Below, one piece after another: positions 29,953 through 38,528 of a stretch of DNA of 64,000 nucleotides. The notes beneath the pieces were generated by a model. It did no database searches and was not told where the DNA came from. It saw only the letters and a program-made list of their open reading frames with translations. The position numbers were made by a program, and so were the translations under genes. This DNA is from an uncultured Gammaproteobacteria bacterium (GTDB lineage Bacteria; Patescibacteriota; Microgenomatia; CAYSOG01): NCBI GenBank assembly GCA_964432675.1, contig CAYSOG010000002.1:6975-70974 (forward strand). The letters are read 5' to 3'. Numbering within the stretch: the first letter of the stretch is position 1; every line of letters begins with the position of its first letter.

Positions 29953-31104
29953 TTAAAAGGAAGGCCGGTATATCGGAGAAGAAATCGAAGAAATAAACAA
30001 ATTAAGTGTACTTGGTGATATGTCTATAAGCCAATTTACGTTTTCTTGTTGTGACCGATCTTCGTTGTAAAAGACAACTGCTTGGATATGGGGGAAATTT
30101 GCGGGCACTTGCACTTGGAGCATATCTTTATACCAAGTACTTTTATCGCCACCGCGATCAGTCGTATTAACTTCGGCTAGCATAATTGGTTTAGTAGGGG
30201 AGAGGGCAATGAGTTCATTGTACGGCTCTCGGAAAACAGTTGCAAAGCTTTGCCATTGGCTCCATGACTGTGTGGTACCCCAGTTATATCCATCCACACC
30301 AAGCCAGTCAACGTTGGCATCCCCAGGATACAATGTTTTATAAGGAATACTTTGGTCATTCCCTTTATTGGGTGCAAAAACCCACAACACTTTGGTGGCA
30401 TTCTCAGAAGCAACGATCGAATGAAAACGTTGCCAAGCTGCTATAAAATCTTCTGGGGTATCATGAGTTTGCAGTGGACTCCAGGCAGTTGTTGGTAAGT
30501 TCATTTCCCAGGCAAACCGTAAAAAGATTGGCTTGTTAAATGTTGCTAAATTATGACCCACGGTATGTAAGAATGCGTCACAATTGCCATTTGCAATCGC
30601 TTTATAAAGGCTCAAGCCATTACTCTGGCACTGCGAAAAAAAGTATGGATTAATACTTAGCATCGGCCGCCAGCCATATTGGGTAATGGTGTTAAGCTCA
30701 CCGACAATAGCATCGGAGGCCAGTGCGTCCCATCCCCGATAGTAATGTGCAATAGCAACATGTTTCCCGATTTTTTGTTCGACCAATTGTAATTGATCAG
30801 GGTGTAGTGTTTTTGCATTGTCGTCCCAAAAACCCTGCGTCCACATGCCAAGATAAACCGCCCTGGTAGTCTCTACTGGCGGCTTAAGAGCTACCAGCTT
30901 ATTCGCTGGCGCAATACTAGCAACAGATTGCGTAGGGCTCGGTGTAGTCGCTATGGCTTCGCCTCTAACCGCTGGTGAAAATGTCGGAAAGTTACCGGCG
31001 CTCATAGGAGTTGTCGCACGATACTTACCGTACCATAGCACTGAGGTTACCCCAACGAGCAAAACAAAAGCTGTAAACAAAATAAGATGCTTGGGAAGCA
31101 TCAT
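29953..31104 (-). CDS. Membrane-anchored glycoside hydrolase family 26
   Basis: N-terminal TM; RFAWEMN (acid/base), YPGDANVDWLGVDGYNWG, IMLAEV (nucleophile); start between 31101 and 31119. Confidence 0.88.
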   Translation of the reverse strand: MMLPKHLILFTAFVLLVGVTSVLWYGKYRATTPMSAGNFPTFSPAVRGEAIATTPSPTQSVASIAPANKLVALKPPVETTRAVYLGMWTQGFWDDNAKTLHPDQLQLVEQKIGKHVAIAHYYRGWDALASDAIVGELNTITQYGWRPMLSINPYFFSQCQSNGLSLYKAIANGNCDAFLHTVGHNLATFNKPIFLRFAWEMNLPTTAWSPLQTHDTPEDFIAAWQRFHSIVASENATKVLWVFAPNKGNDQSIPYKTLYPGDANVDWLGVDGYNWGTTQSWSQWQSFATVFREPYNELIALSPTKPIMLAEVNTTDRGGDKSTWYKDMLQVQVPANFPHIQAVVFYNEDRSQQENVNWLIDISPSTLNLFISSISSPIYRPSF

Positions 31105-31227
31105 CCGTGAAAATCTCATCTCCTTTTATGACCTTCATAATACATTTGTAAACCGAATGCAACCAAAAAATTTTGCGGTTGCATTTTTATTCCAGATTGC
31201 AGTAGAGTAGACAAAAGGAGAATTTTT

Positions 31228-31686
31228 ATGACGAAACAAATTGCCATTATCAGTATTTTGTGCCTATCTCTTACCGCTTGTAGCTTAGGTATTCGCAGCC
31301 GACTCAAAAGCCTAACCGGCACGGCTGCTTCACCAACGGCTAGCGTATCACCAACAACATCTGCAATGGCTTCAGCAAGCAGCGCTGCGATGCAGGCCAC
31401 AACAGCACCACAGTCGAAAACTACCATAACATATACGTCTAGTGGTTTCTCGCCGGCAACACTCACCATCAAGGCAGGTGACAGTGTTACATTCGTTAAT
31501 CATGCAACAGGTGACGTCCAAGTGAATTCCGACCCACATCCGACACATACACTGTATCCAATGCTTAATATCGGTGTTATTACAGCCGGATTATCGTCTG
31601 ATCCAGTAGCCTTCACAAAGGCGGGCACGTACACCTATCATAACCACCTAAACCCAGCCCAAAAGGGGACAATTGTCGTCCAATAG
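31228..31686 (+). CDS. Cupredoxin-domain lipoprotein
   Basis: Lipobox LTAC; GFSPATLTIKAGDSVTFVN, SDPHPTH, GTYTYHNHL..GTIVV. Confidence 0.85.
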   Translation: MTKQIAIISILCLSLTACSLGIRSRLKSLTGTAASPTASVSPTTSAMASASSAAMQATTAPQSKTTITYTSSGFSPATLTIKAGDSVTFVNHATGDVQVNSDPHPTHTLYPMLNIGVITAGLSSDPVAFTKAGTYTYHNHLNPAQKGTIVVQ

Positions 31687-31745
31687 AGGCCTTGCTTAGG
31701 CAGTAATGCTCCTAGTCTATGGTACAATAGCTTGGGAGAAATGGT

Positions 31746-31949
31746 ATGGTGTGGCTAACTGTTTACAAAAAAGTATTTTCACCACTTTTTTATAGCTTGG
31801 GGTTTCGTTGCCGATTTGAACCGAGTTGTTCGGAATATTTTCAACAGGCTACCCAAAAGTACGGGCCATTTAGAGGTTCAGTAAAAGGCATGTGGCGAAT
31901 TTTACGCTGTAATTCATTCAATCCTCATTTCGGCTATGACCCAGTGTAA
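31746..31949 (+). CDS. yidD: Membrane protein insertion efficiency factor YidD
   Basis: [24 protein letters not shown]. Confidence 0.9.
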   Translation: MVWLTVYKKVFSPLFYSLGFRCRFEPSCSEYFQQATQKYGPFRGSVKGMWRILRCNSFNPHFGYDPV

Positions 31950-32023
31950 GCTGGCTGGTGATCCCGCCTTCGCTAATTCCACAGACTTGCGCGATAACAG
32001 CAAAACTTGCTACAATTTTCGCT

Positions 32024-32461
32024 ATGGCTATAGAACGTGCACAACAAATTCCAATTGAAGACATTACAGAACTTGTTCATCTTGCAGGCGGCGAAACTGC
32101 CGGACCAATGGCTGACGAAATCGACCAGATCAACTGTTATGCTGGGCTGGTAGTCGGTGTCGCCTCAATCCAAGACGAGCAATGGCAATCAACGGGATAC
32201 TGGAAAATTACTTTAGATTCTGGCCTAATCATTACAAGCAGCTCATATCGCGCCCAAAACTGCTTATTAGACGATCGTGTTAGGTTTTTCGAGCTGCCTG
32301 AAGATGCTGACTGTTACACGGAATATGAAAAAACAAACCATGTTGGTATTTCTATAACACGACATGGCACTTACGTTGACATCATGCATGTTGCTCGCGA
32401 GCAAATAATATTACCGCAACCACAAACCGCTGACGAAAATACCCGCACGTCACCAGATTAA
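32024..32461 (+). CDS. Hypothetical protein
   Basis: TGCTACAAT ending 7 nt before ATG 32024. Confidence 0.6.
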   Translation: MAIERAQQIPIEDITELVHLAGGETAGPMADEIDQINCYAGLVVGVASIQDEQWQSTGYWKITLDSGLIITSSSYRAQNCLLDDRVRFFELPEDADCYTEYEKTNHVGISITRHGTYVDIMHVAREQIILPQPQTADENTRTSPD

Positions 32462-32500
32462 GGCTTGTTTCTTTTAAAAATCCCATTTACAATGAGGGCT

Positions 32501-33628
32501 ATGACGCAAGAAGAAAAGCGCGCACTTATCACCCGAAATCTTGACGAAGTTCTAACTCCCGAAGAATTAAACCACCTTTTATCTACAAATACTCCCTTAA
32601 AACATTACATCGGTTTTGAGCTATCCGGACAAATCCACATTGGCCAAGGGCTCGTGACTGCCATGAAGATAAAGGATTTCCTTGACGCCGGCGTTGACTG
32701 CACTATCTACTTAGCCGACTGGTTTAGTTGGATTAATGATAAGCTAACCGGCGACTTAGACATTATCCAAAGCGTTGGGGTTGCATATTTTAAAAATGGG
32801 TTTACAGCCTGTTTGCAAGCCCTAGGCGCTGACCCAACGAAGGTCCACTTCGTTACGAGTACTGAGTTGTACAAAAACAGGTTAGACTATTGGCAAAGTG
32901 TTATTGAAATTTCAAAAAATACTACGTTGGCTCGCATGATGCGGTCGGTTTCGATCATGGGACGCACTGAAGGCGAGGGTATGGACTTTGCCAAGCTTAT
33001 TTATCCGCCAATGCAGGCAGCCGACATCTTTCTTTTACAAGCCAACCTAGCGCATGCCGGTATGGACCAACGGAAAGCCCACGTTATTGCCCGTGACACT
33101 GGTTTACAAATTAAAACGAATAAACTAACTGATGCCAAAGGCGAACAGATCAAACCCGTGGCCTTGCACCATCATCTTCTTTTAGGCCTAACGCCGCCAC
33201 CAAAATGGCCAATGGCCAAGGAAGAATTACAGCAAGCACTTTCAGAAATGAAGATGTCAAAGTCAAAGCCTGGGTCTGCCATTTTTATTACCGATGAGCC
33301 AGAAGAAATCCGCCAGAAACTAACCAAAGCCTTTTGTCCAGAAAAGGAAACTGTATACAATCCTGTGCTAGATTGGACTAAGCATCTTATATTTCCCCTT
33401 CGTAACGGTATCCAGATAAATCGTGACGAAAAATTCGGAGGAAATGTGTCGTATTCGTCCTACCAAGACTTAGAAAAGGATTTCCAAGAAGGCGCACTAC
33501 ACCCAATGGATCTTAAAACTGCAGTCGCCGAAAGTTTAATCGAAACTCTCGCGCCAATACGAGACTACTTTAGTAATGACCCAGCTAAATCAACCTTAGA
33601 CAATCTCAAGAAAATTCTCCAATCCTAA
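32501..33628 (+). CDS. tyrS: Tyrosine--tRNA ligase, archaeal type
   Basis: YIGFELSGQIHIG, LIYPPMQAADIF, GMDQRKAH, KMSKSKP, AFCP, LHPMDLK; about 375 aa with no S4 domain. Confidence 0.93.
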   Translation: MTQEEKRALITRNLDEVLTPEELNHLLSTNTPLKHYIGFELSGQIHIGQGLVTAMKIKDFLDAGVDCTIYLADWFSWINDKLTGDLDIIQSVGVAYFKNGFTACLQALGADPTKVHFVTSTELYKNRLDYWQSVIEISKNTTLARMMRSVSIMGRTEGEGMDFAKLIYPPMQAADIFLLQANLAHAGMDQRKAHVIARDTGLQIKTNKLTDAKGEQIKPVALHHHLLLGLTPPPKWPMAKEELQQALSEMKMSKSKPGSAIFITDEPEEIRQKLTKAFCPEKETVYNPVLDWTKHLIFPLRNGIQINRDEKFGGNVSYSSYQDLEKDFQEGALHPMDLKTAVAESLIETLAPIRDYFSNDPAKSTLDNLKKILQS

Positions 33629-33648
33629 GTAATGTCATTGTATTTTTA

Positions 33649-33713
33649 TTATTGTTCGAGTGATTAGCGAGAACTACTGAGATAGAGAAGTATTACATTA
33701 CGTAGTTCTCGCT
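33649..33713. repeat. REP-like palindromic element, copy 2
   Basis: AGCGAGAACTAC..GTAGTTCTCGCT hairpin; 29 bp identical (inverted) to 13406-13434. Confidence 0.75.
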
Positions 33714-33822
33714 CCATGTGTACATTGCGCCCCAACAATAGACGATCCGCACACTCTTTTTATCTCTAGGGTAGAGAAGATTAACTACCAAAAGCAATAT
33801 CGCGCCGTGGTACAATTAATTA

Positions 33823-33933
33823 ATGGCAGCACTGTTCAAACGAAAATACTGGCGTTATTTTTGGATTGGTTTGATTGCTATCGCTTCGCTTACGTTAATA
33901 TTAGGCTCTATTTTGCCGAATTTCCTGGCTTAA
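33823..33933 (+). CDS. Small single-pass membrane protein (36 aa), not in ORF track
   Basis: MAALFKRKYWRYFWIGLIAIASLTLILGSILPNFLA; TGGTACAAT ending 6 nt before ATG. Confidence 0.6.
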   Translation: MAALFKRKYWRYFWIGLIAIASLTLILGSILPNFLA

Positions 33934-34012
33934 ATTATTGTAACTTCCTTCGCTTTCTTATATAATTACTTCCCGTAACAACATGTTGGCACTTTAATAA
34001 GGAGTTACTAGA

Positions 34013-34441
34013 TTGCACACGGCAATTGACTGCACTGGTGGTGACCGGAAAAGATTGCGCGATGAAGAACTTATTCGTAGCGTACTTACCAAATTGCCCC
34101 GACGTATGCGCATTATATCATTAACCACGCCGATTGTTCTGCCAAGATGCTTTAACGACGTAAAAATTAATGGCAAATTGCAACGCGTCCCAACGGAAGA
34201 TTTATCTGGCTTTGTCCTGACTGAAGAAGGCCATATTGCAATACATACTGAGCCTGCACTTGGCAGCGCCTGGATTGATATTTTCCATAGCAGCAATACT
34301 TTGCTTCAAGCATGCCTTTCTATTATTACCGATACATTTGTATTTACTTCTCTACAAACTAAACTAATCAGAGTTCGCAGCCTTGATCCAGCTGATATTG
34401 GCGTTAGGATAACTGTTGAGCAAGAAAATACTGAATCATGA
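34013..34441 (+). CDS. S-adenosylmethionine decarboxylase-like protein, predicted inactive (copy 1)
   Basis: SpeD fold pattern H..ID..G...L.DEE...LSGFVLTEEGHIAIHTEP..WIDIF; ESH replaced by EGH. Confidence 0.8.
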   Translation: MHTAIDCTGGDRKRLRDEELIRSVLTKLPRRMRIISLTTPIVLPRCFNDVKINGKLQRVPTEDLSGFVLTEEGHIAIHTEPALGSAWIDIFHSSNTLLQACLSIITDTFVFTSLQTKLIRVRSLDPADIGVRITVEQENTES

Positions 34442-34462
34442 CCAAAAAACAGGGGAAAGGAA

Positions 34463-34888
34463 ATGCATGCTCTTTTCAACGGCTCAGGCGGGAAAGAGGA
34501 ATACTTGGATGACGAAGATCGCGTGAAGAAAGCGCTCATCGCAGTACCTGAAAGTTGTGGCCTACTGGCACTGACAAGACCAAAAGTCTTACGTTATGCA
34601 CCCACGCAATTACTCAAAGAAGTAGACCCTCTACAACCAGTCGTTTGGGATGGTATTTGTGGCTCAATTTTTTTAGTATCGGGCAGATTTTCAATTTACA
34701 CGTTTCCAGCCAAGCAATACTTGTGGGCAGACCTTTTCAGTTTGCTTGACTTTGACACCATGGTAGCATTCGCAACGCTCCATGAGTATTTTCCGAATAC
34801 AAACTTCGATGTCGAAATCAACAAACGCGGACTGCCTTTGTTTGAACAAATGCCTGTAGTCGCACAGCAAACCAGAGAAAGGGTTTAG
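34463..34888 (+). CDS. S-adenosylmethionine decarboxylase-like protein, predicted inactive (copy 2)
   Basis: WDGICGSIFLVSGRFSIYTFPAKQYLWADLFS..FD..KRG; ESH replaced by SGR. Confidence 0.78.
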   Translation: MHALFNGSGGKEEYLDDEDRVKKALIAVPESCGLLALTRPKVLRYAPTQLLKEVDPLQPVVWDGICGSIFLVSGRFSIYTFPAKQYLWADLFSLLDFDTMVAFATLHEYFPNTNFDVEINKRGLPLFEQMPVVAQQTRERV

Positions 34889-34892
34889 GCAC

Positions 34893-35729
34893 ATGTGTTG
34901 TTCGATGCATCCGGCCAGTTTTAGCGAGACGATCGTCTATGTCGGGGAGCAATTTCATCCAAAATATGGCTTGGTCCATGTTATGGCCTACCAAAACACC
35001 GCGATTAACTACAACGCAGGCCCGAATGCCATGATCTTGCATATACCCGGCCAAGGGATGACGCAAGACAACTTTATTGATACTGGTGACTGTCGGTCAT
35101 TTCTCAAAGACATGGTACAAGCCCTTCAGCCACCGCGCCGCGATATACTGTTGGGCTCACGAAGCATCGCGTTTGCTAGCCTCGCACCAGTACAAGTCTT
35201 CGAACATGACATTTATACCGTTGTGCTTTCTGAAGACGCTTCGCTTATTCCGCAAGCGCTAAGCCGTGTACCCGAAAACAAACGGCCGGCCGCTAACCAG
35301 CCGTTGTTTGACTTCTACGCGCGGGAGTGGCCAAACTGGAGTGTTGCACTTTGCTGTTTTGACAATAAGCAGGCTGCAAAAGCGGCACCACTTATGGTCT
35401 GGTACCATCCGCTTGCAGAAGACACCCTGCATTGGCCATCAATTGACAGCCACACCGGTGAGGTACCAAACTTGCACGGCATGGTTGCGGTCGAACACTG
35501 GATAATCGGCGGATCCCACCGTATGACGGAAGAGATTGGTGTACCAGTACGTTATCGCGGTGGCTGTTCACCTGACGTTACGGCGTTTTTGCCAGATCGC
35601 GTTATCGGCATGAATTACAATTTCCCGATGCAAAACGGCGATTTTGTTATCGACACCGAAAAGCTCGTTCAAGGCAATGCTGGCAGCATTCTTCGCGTAC
35701 CAGCACCAAGTGTTGCAAACATAATTTAA
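34893..35729 (+). CDS. Conserved-type hypothetical protein with N-terminal Cys (DUF2330-like features)
   Basis: MCCS.., HVMAYQN..GPNAMILHIP, ALCCF, DSHTG..P, NGDF motifs; starts 4 nt after the preceding stop. Confidence 0.7.
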   Translation: MCCSMHPASFSETIVYVGEQFHPKYGLVHVMAYQNTAINYNAGPNAMILHIPGQGMTQDNFIDTGDCRSFLKDMVQALQPPRRDILLGSRSIAFASLAPVQVFEHDIYTVVLSEDASLIPQALSRVPENKRPAANQPLFDFYAREWPNWSVALCCFDNKQAAKAAPLMVWYHPLAEDTLHWPSIDSHTGEVPNLHGMVAVEHWIIGGSHRMTEEIGVPVRYRGGCSPDVTAFLPDRVIGMNYNFPMQNGDFVIDTEKLVQGNAGSILRVPAPSVANII

Positions 35730-35738
35730 CGTTACTTT

Positions 35739-35774
35739 AGGTCTCACCTTCATTTATGAGGTGGGACCTTTTTT
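35739..35774 (+). terminator. Intrinsic terminator
   Basis: AGGTCTCACCT..AGGTGGGACCT stem plus TTTTT. Confidence 0.75.
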
Positions 35775-35913
35775 ATTGGATAAGACTGTGAGGACTATTG
35801 CTAAACGCTATTTTAATCGTGTTGGTAAATGCGCTTTCCCTGCGGTACAATACTTCTTGTCCGAAAGCACGTTAAGCTTATAAGTCGTGAGGAAAGAAAG
35901 GACGTAAACCCTG

Positions 35914-36270
35914 ATGCACATGATTTTTGATGGCCACGATGGTAATACCGACAAACTGGCAGATATAGAAATCATACAACAAGCGCTCAACGACTTGCCA
36001 GAGAGCATTGGTACGCAGAAGGTTTCCGAACCATATGCAATCCAATACAATGACTGCACATCTGATATACCTGGCGTTTCCGGATTCATCTCCATTCCTG
36101 ATGGTCATATTTTAATCAATACCTTTCCTGAGAAAGGGTATATCTGGGTTGATATTTTCTCTAGCAATAGCTTTGATGCAAATGTCGCGACAACCGAATT
36201 AATATACGCTTTCGACCTAGCAGAAGTTATATCAAGAGTCTTGGAACGACGGCCTATTCCTTTAGGGTAA
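35914..36270 (+). CDS. S-adenosylmethionine decarboxylase-like protein, predicted inactive (copy 3)
   Basis: HMIFDG..KLAD..ALNDLP..GVSGFISIPDGHILINTFPEKGYIWVDIFSS..FD; ESH replaced by DGH. Confidence 0.82.
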   Translation: MHMIFDGHDGNTDKLADIEIIQQALNDLPESIGTQKVSEPYAIQYNDCTSDIPGVSGFISIPDGHILINTFPEKGYIWVDIFSSNSFDANVATTELIYAFDLAEVISRVLERRPIPLG

Positions 36271-36383
36271 GTACGAACTAAACTGACATTACCACTCACG
36301 GCTTAATTGATGGACATACTTAAGGGGCCTTGCACACGCAAGGTCCCTTTACTCTTGAATTCTTCCATGATACGCTAGGCGGT

Positions 36384-38456
36384 ATGTTATCCAAAGACAC
36401 ACCAATTGCAGCGCTTGCTGGCATTGGGCCGACGTATGCCACAAAATTACAAAAACTTCATATTTTTACGGTTGGTGATTTGATTGAACATTATCCATTC
36501 CGCTATGAAAATTATGCATCAATAAAATCAATTGCCGAAACCAAAATAGGGGAGGAGGTTACAATAATTGGCACGCTTTGGGAAATTAAGAATGCTTATA
36601 CTCGCAATTACCGCATCAAAACAATTACCAAAGCACTCATCCATGACGGTAGCGGTACCATTGAAGCAGTCTGGTTTAACCAATCTTACCTTACTAAAAA
36701 TCTCCAAGCCGGTATGGAAGTTAGCCTTTCAGGTAAGCTCAAGCAAAACGGCTATAAATTGCAGCTTGTTTCGCCAGCCTACGAAATCTTAAAGTCCAAT
36801 CGCGAGACTGTTAATACCGGCCGCATTGTCCCAATTTATCCAGAAACAGAAGGGGTCACGTCACGCTGGCTAAGGACAAAGATTGCCCAATTGCTTCCAC
36901 AAATTAACCAAGATGTAACTGACTGGCTGCCGCGCCAAATTATCGAAAAAGCAGACCTATTACCGTTAGACGACGCATTGCAAAAAATCCATTTTCCTAA
37001 TGCAAAAGACGATATTATCCAATCACGAAAACGCATTGCCATTGACGAACTTCTAAAAGTCCACCTTACCGCACTAAAGCGCAAACAAGAATGGGAAGGT
37101 AAAAGCCATGGCCATGCATTTGTCATTGACCAAAAAAAAGTCCAGGACTTTATCGCACGTTTACCTTTCACATTAACAAAAGCCCAGTATCGTGTCATAG
37201 ATGAAATATTGGCTGACCTAAAAAATGATACTGCTATGAACCGCTTATTAGAAGGCGATGTCGGTAGCGGCAAAACGGTTGTCGCTGCAGTAGCAATGTA
37301 CATCGCTTTCTTAAATGGTAGACAATCAGCCATTATGGCGCCCACTGCCATACTCGCCCAGCAGCATTTCCAAACGCTTTCTAGTCTCTTAGAACCTCTT
37401 GGGTTAAAAGTCGCCCTTCTTACCGGTGGGAAACAACCAAAAGCTTCTGGTGACCAAAAATTACAAGCTTCAAGTTTCAAGCTTCAAGGAATGGATATTG
37501 TCGTTGGCACGCATGCTTTACTTTCCGAATCAACAAAGTTCAAAAATCTCGGATTTATTGTAATAGACGAGCAACATAAATTTGGTGTCGAACAGCGGGC
37601 ACTACTGCACCTCAAAGGCATAACACCACACGTTTTAACGATGACCGCAACACCAATACCCAGAACGCTTGCCCTAACACTCTATGGGAACCTTGACCTT
37701 TCTGTTTTGGATGAGATGCCAGTTGGCCGAACAAAACCGAAGACGTTTGTGGTGCCTCAGCAAAAACGACAAGATGCATACAATTTCATTGCCAAGGAAA
37801 TTACAGCAAAAAAAGTCCAGGCGTTTATTGTTTGCCCATTAATCGAGCTATCGGAAACGTTTAATACCGCAAAAGCAGCAACTGTAGAATACGAAAAACT
37901 CTCGACGGAAATTTTTCCGCAACTGCAACTTGGCTTACTCCATGGGCGCATGAGCTCCAAGCAAAAAGAAGAAACCATGGCAAAATTTCGAAGCCAAGAA
38001 CTTGATATTTTAGTTGCCACACCATTAGTCGAAGTAGGCGTTGATATTCCACATGCCACCATTATGGTCATAGAGGCAGCTGACCGGTTTGGCCTTGCCC
38101 AATTACACCAACTTCGCGGCAGAGTAGGCCGTAGGGAAGGGCAAGACGCGTTTTGCTTTTTATTTACCGAGCTCATTGGCGAAGAATCAATCAAACGGTT
38201 GCGGTCCATGGAAAAAATCTATAGTGGATTAGAACTAGCCGAAGTCGACCTACAATACCGCGGCGCAGGCAATATCTTTGGGACTGAGCAGCATGGCATT
38301 GCAACATTTAAGGTCGCCAAATTATCAAATCTCAAATTAATTGAGCAAACCAGAAAACTTGCGCAACAAATTTTTACTGACTACTACGAAAAAGGGGACC
38401 AAGAAGTCAAGGATACCGTTGATCGCTTTGACAAACGTTTAATCGAACCAAATTAG
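36384..38456 (+). CDS. recG: ATP-dependent DNA helicase RecG
   Basis: LPFTLT.AQ, LEGDVGSGKT, MAPTAILA.QH, DEQHKFGV.QR, MTATPIPRT, QLHQLRGRVGR. Confidence 0.97.
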   Translation: MLSKDTPIAALAGIGPTYATKLQKLHIFTVGDLIEHYPFRYENYASIKSIAETKIGEEVTIIGTLWEIKNAYTRNYRIKTITKALIHDGSGTIEAVWFNQSYLTKNLQAGMEVSLSGKLKQNGYKLQLVSPAYEILKSNRETVNTGRIVPIYPETEGVTSRWLRTKIAQLLPQINQDVTDWLPRQIIEKADLLPLDDALQKIHFPNAKDDIIQSRKRIAIDELLKVHLTALKRKQEWEGKSHGHAFVIDQKKVQDFIARLPFTLTKAQYRVIDEILADLKNDTAMNRLLEGDVGSGKTVVAAVAMYIAFLNGRQSAIMAPTAILAQQHFQTLSSLLEPLGLKVALLTGGKQPKASGDQKLQASSFKLQGMDIVVGTHALLSESTKFKNLGFIVIDEQHKFGVEQRALLHLKGITPHVLTMTATPIPRTLALTLYGNLDLSVLDEMPVGRTKPKTFVVPQQKRQDAYNFIAKEITAKKVQAFIVCPLIELSETFNTAKAATVEYEKLSTEIFPQLQLGLLHGRMSSKQKEETMAKFRSQELDILVATPLVEVGVDIPHATIMVIEAADRFGLAQLHQLRGRVGRREGQDAFCFLFTELIGEESIKRLRSMEKIYSGLELAEVDLQYRGAGNIFGTEQHGIATFKVAKLSNLKLIEQTRKLAQQIFTDYYEKGDQEVKDTVDRFDKRLIEPN

Positions 38457-38528
38457 GATTCCTCTAAAGCCTTTAAACTGCTTCATAACAGCAGTATTTA
38501 CTTCCAATAACTATGTTATGATAAATAT

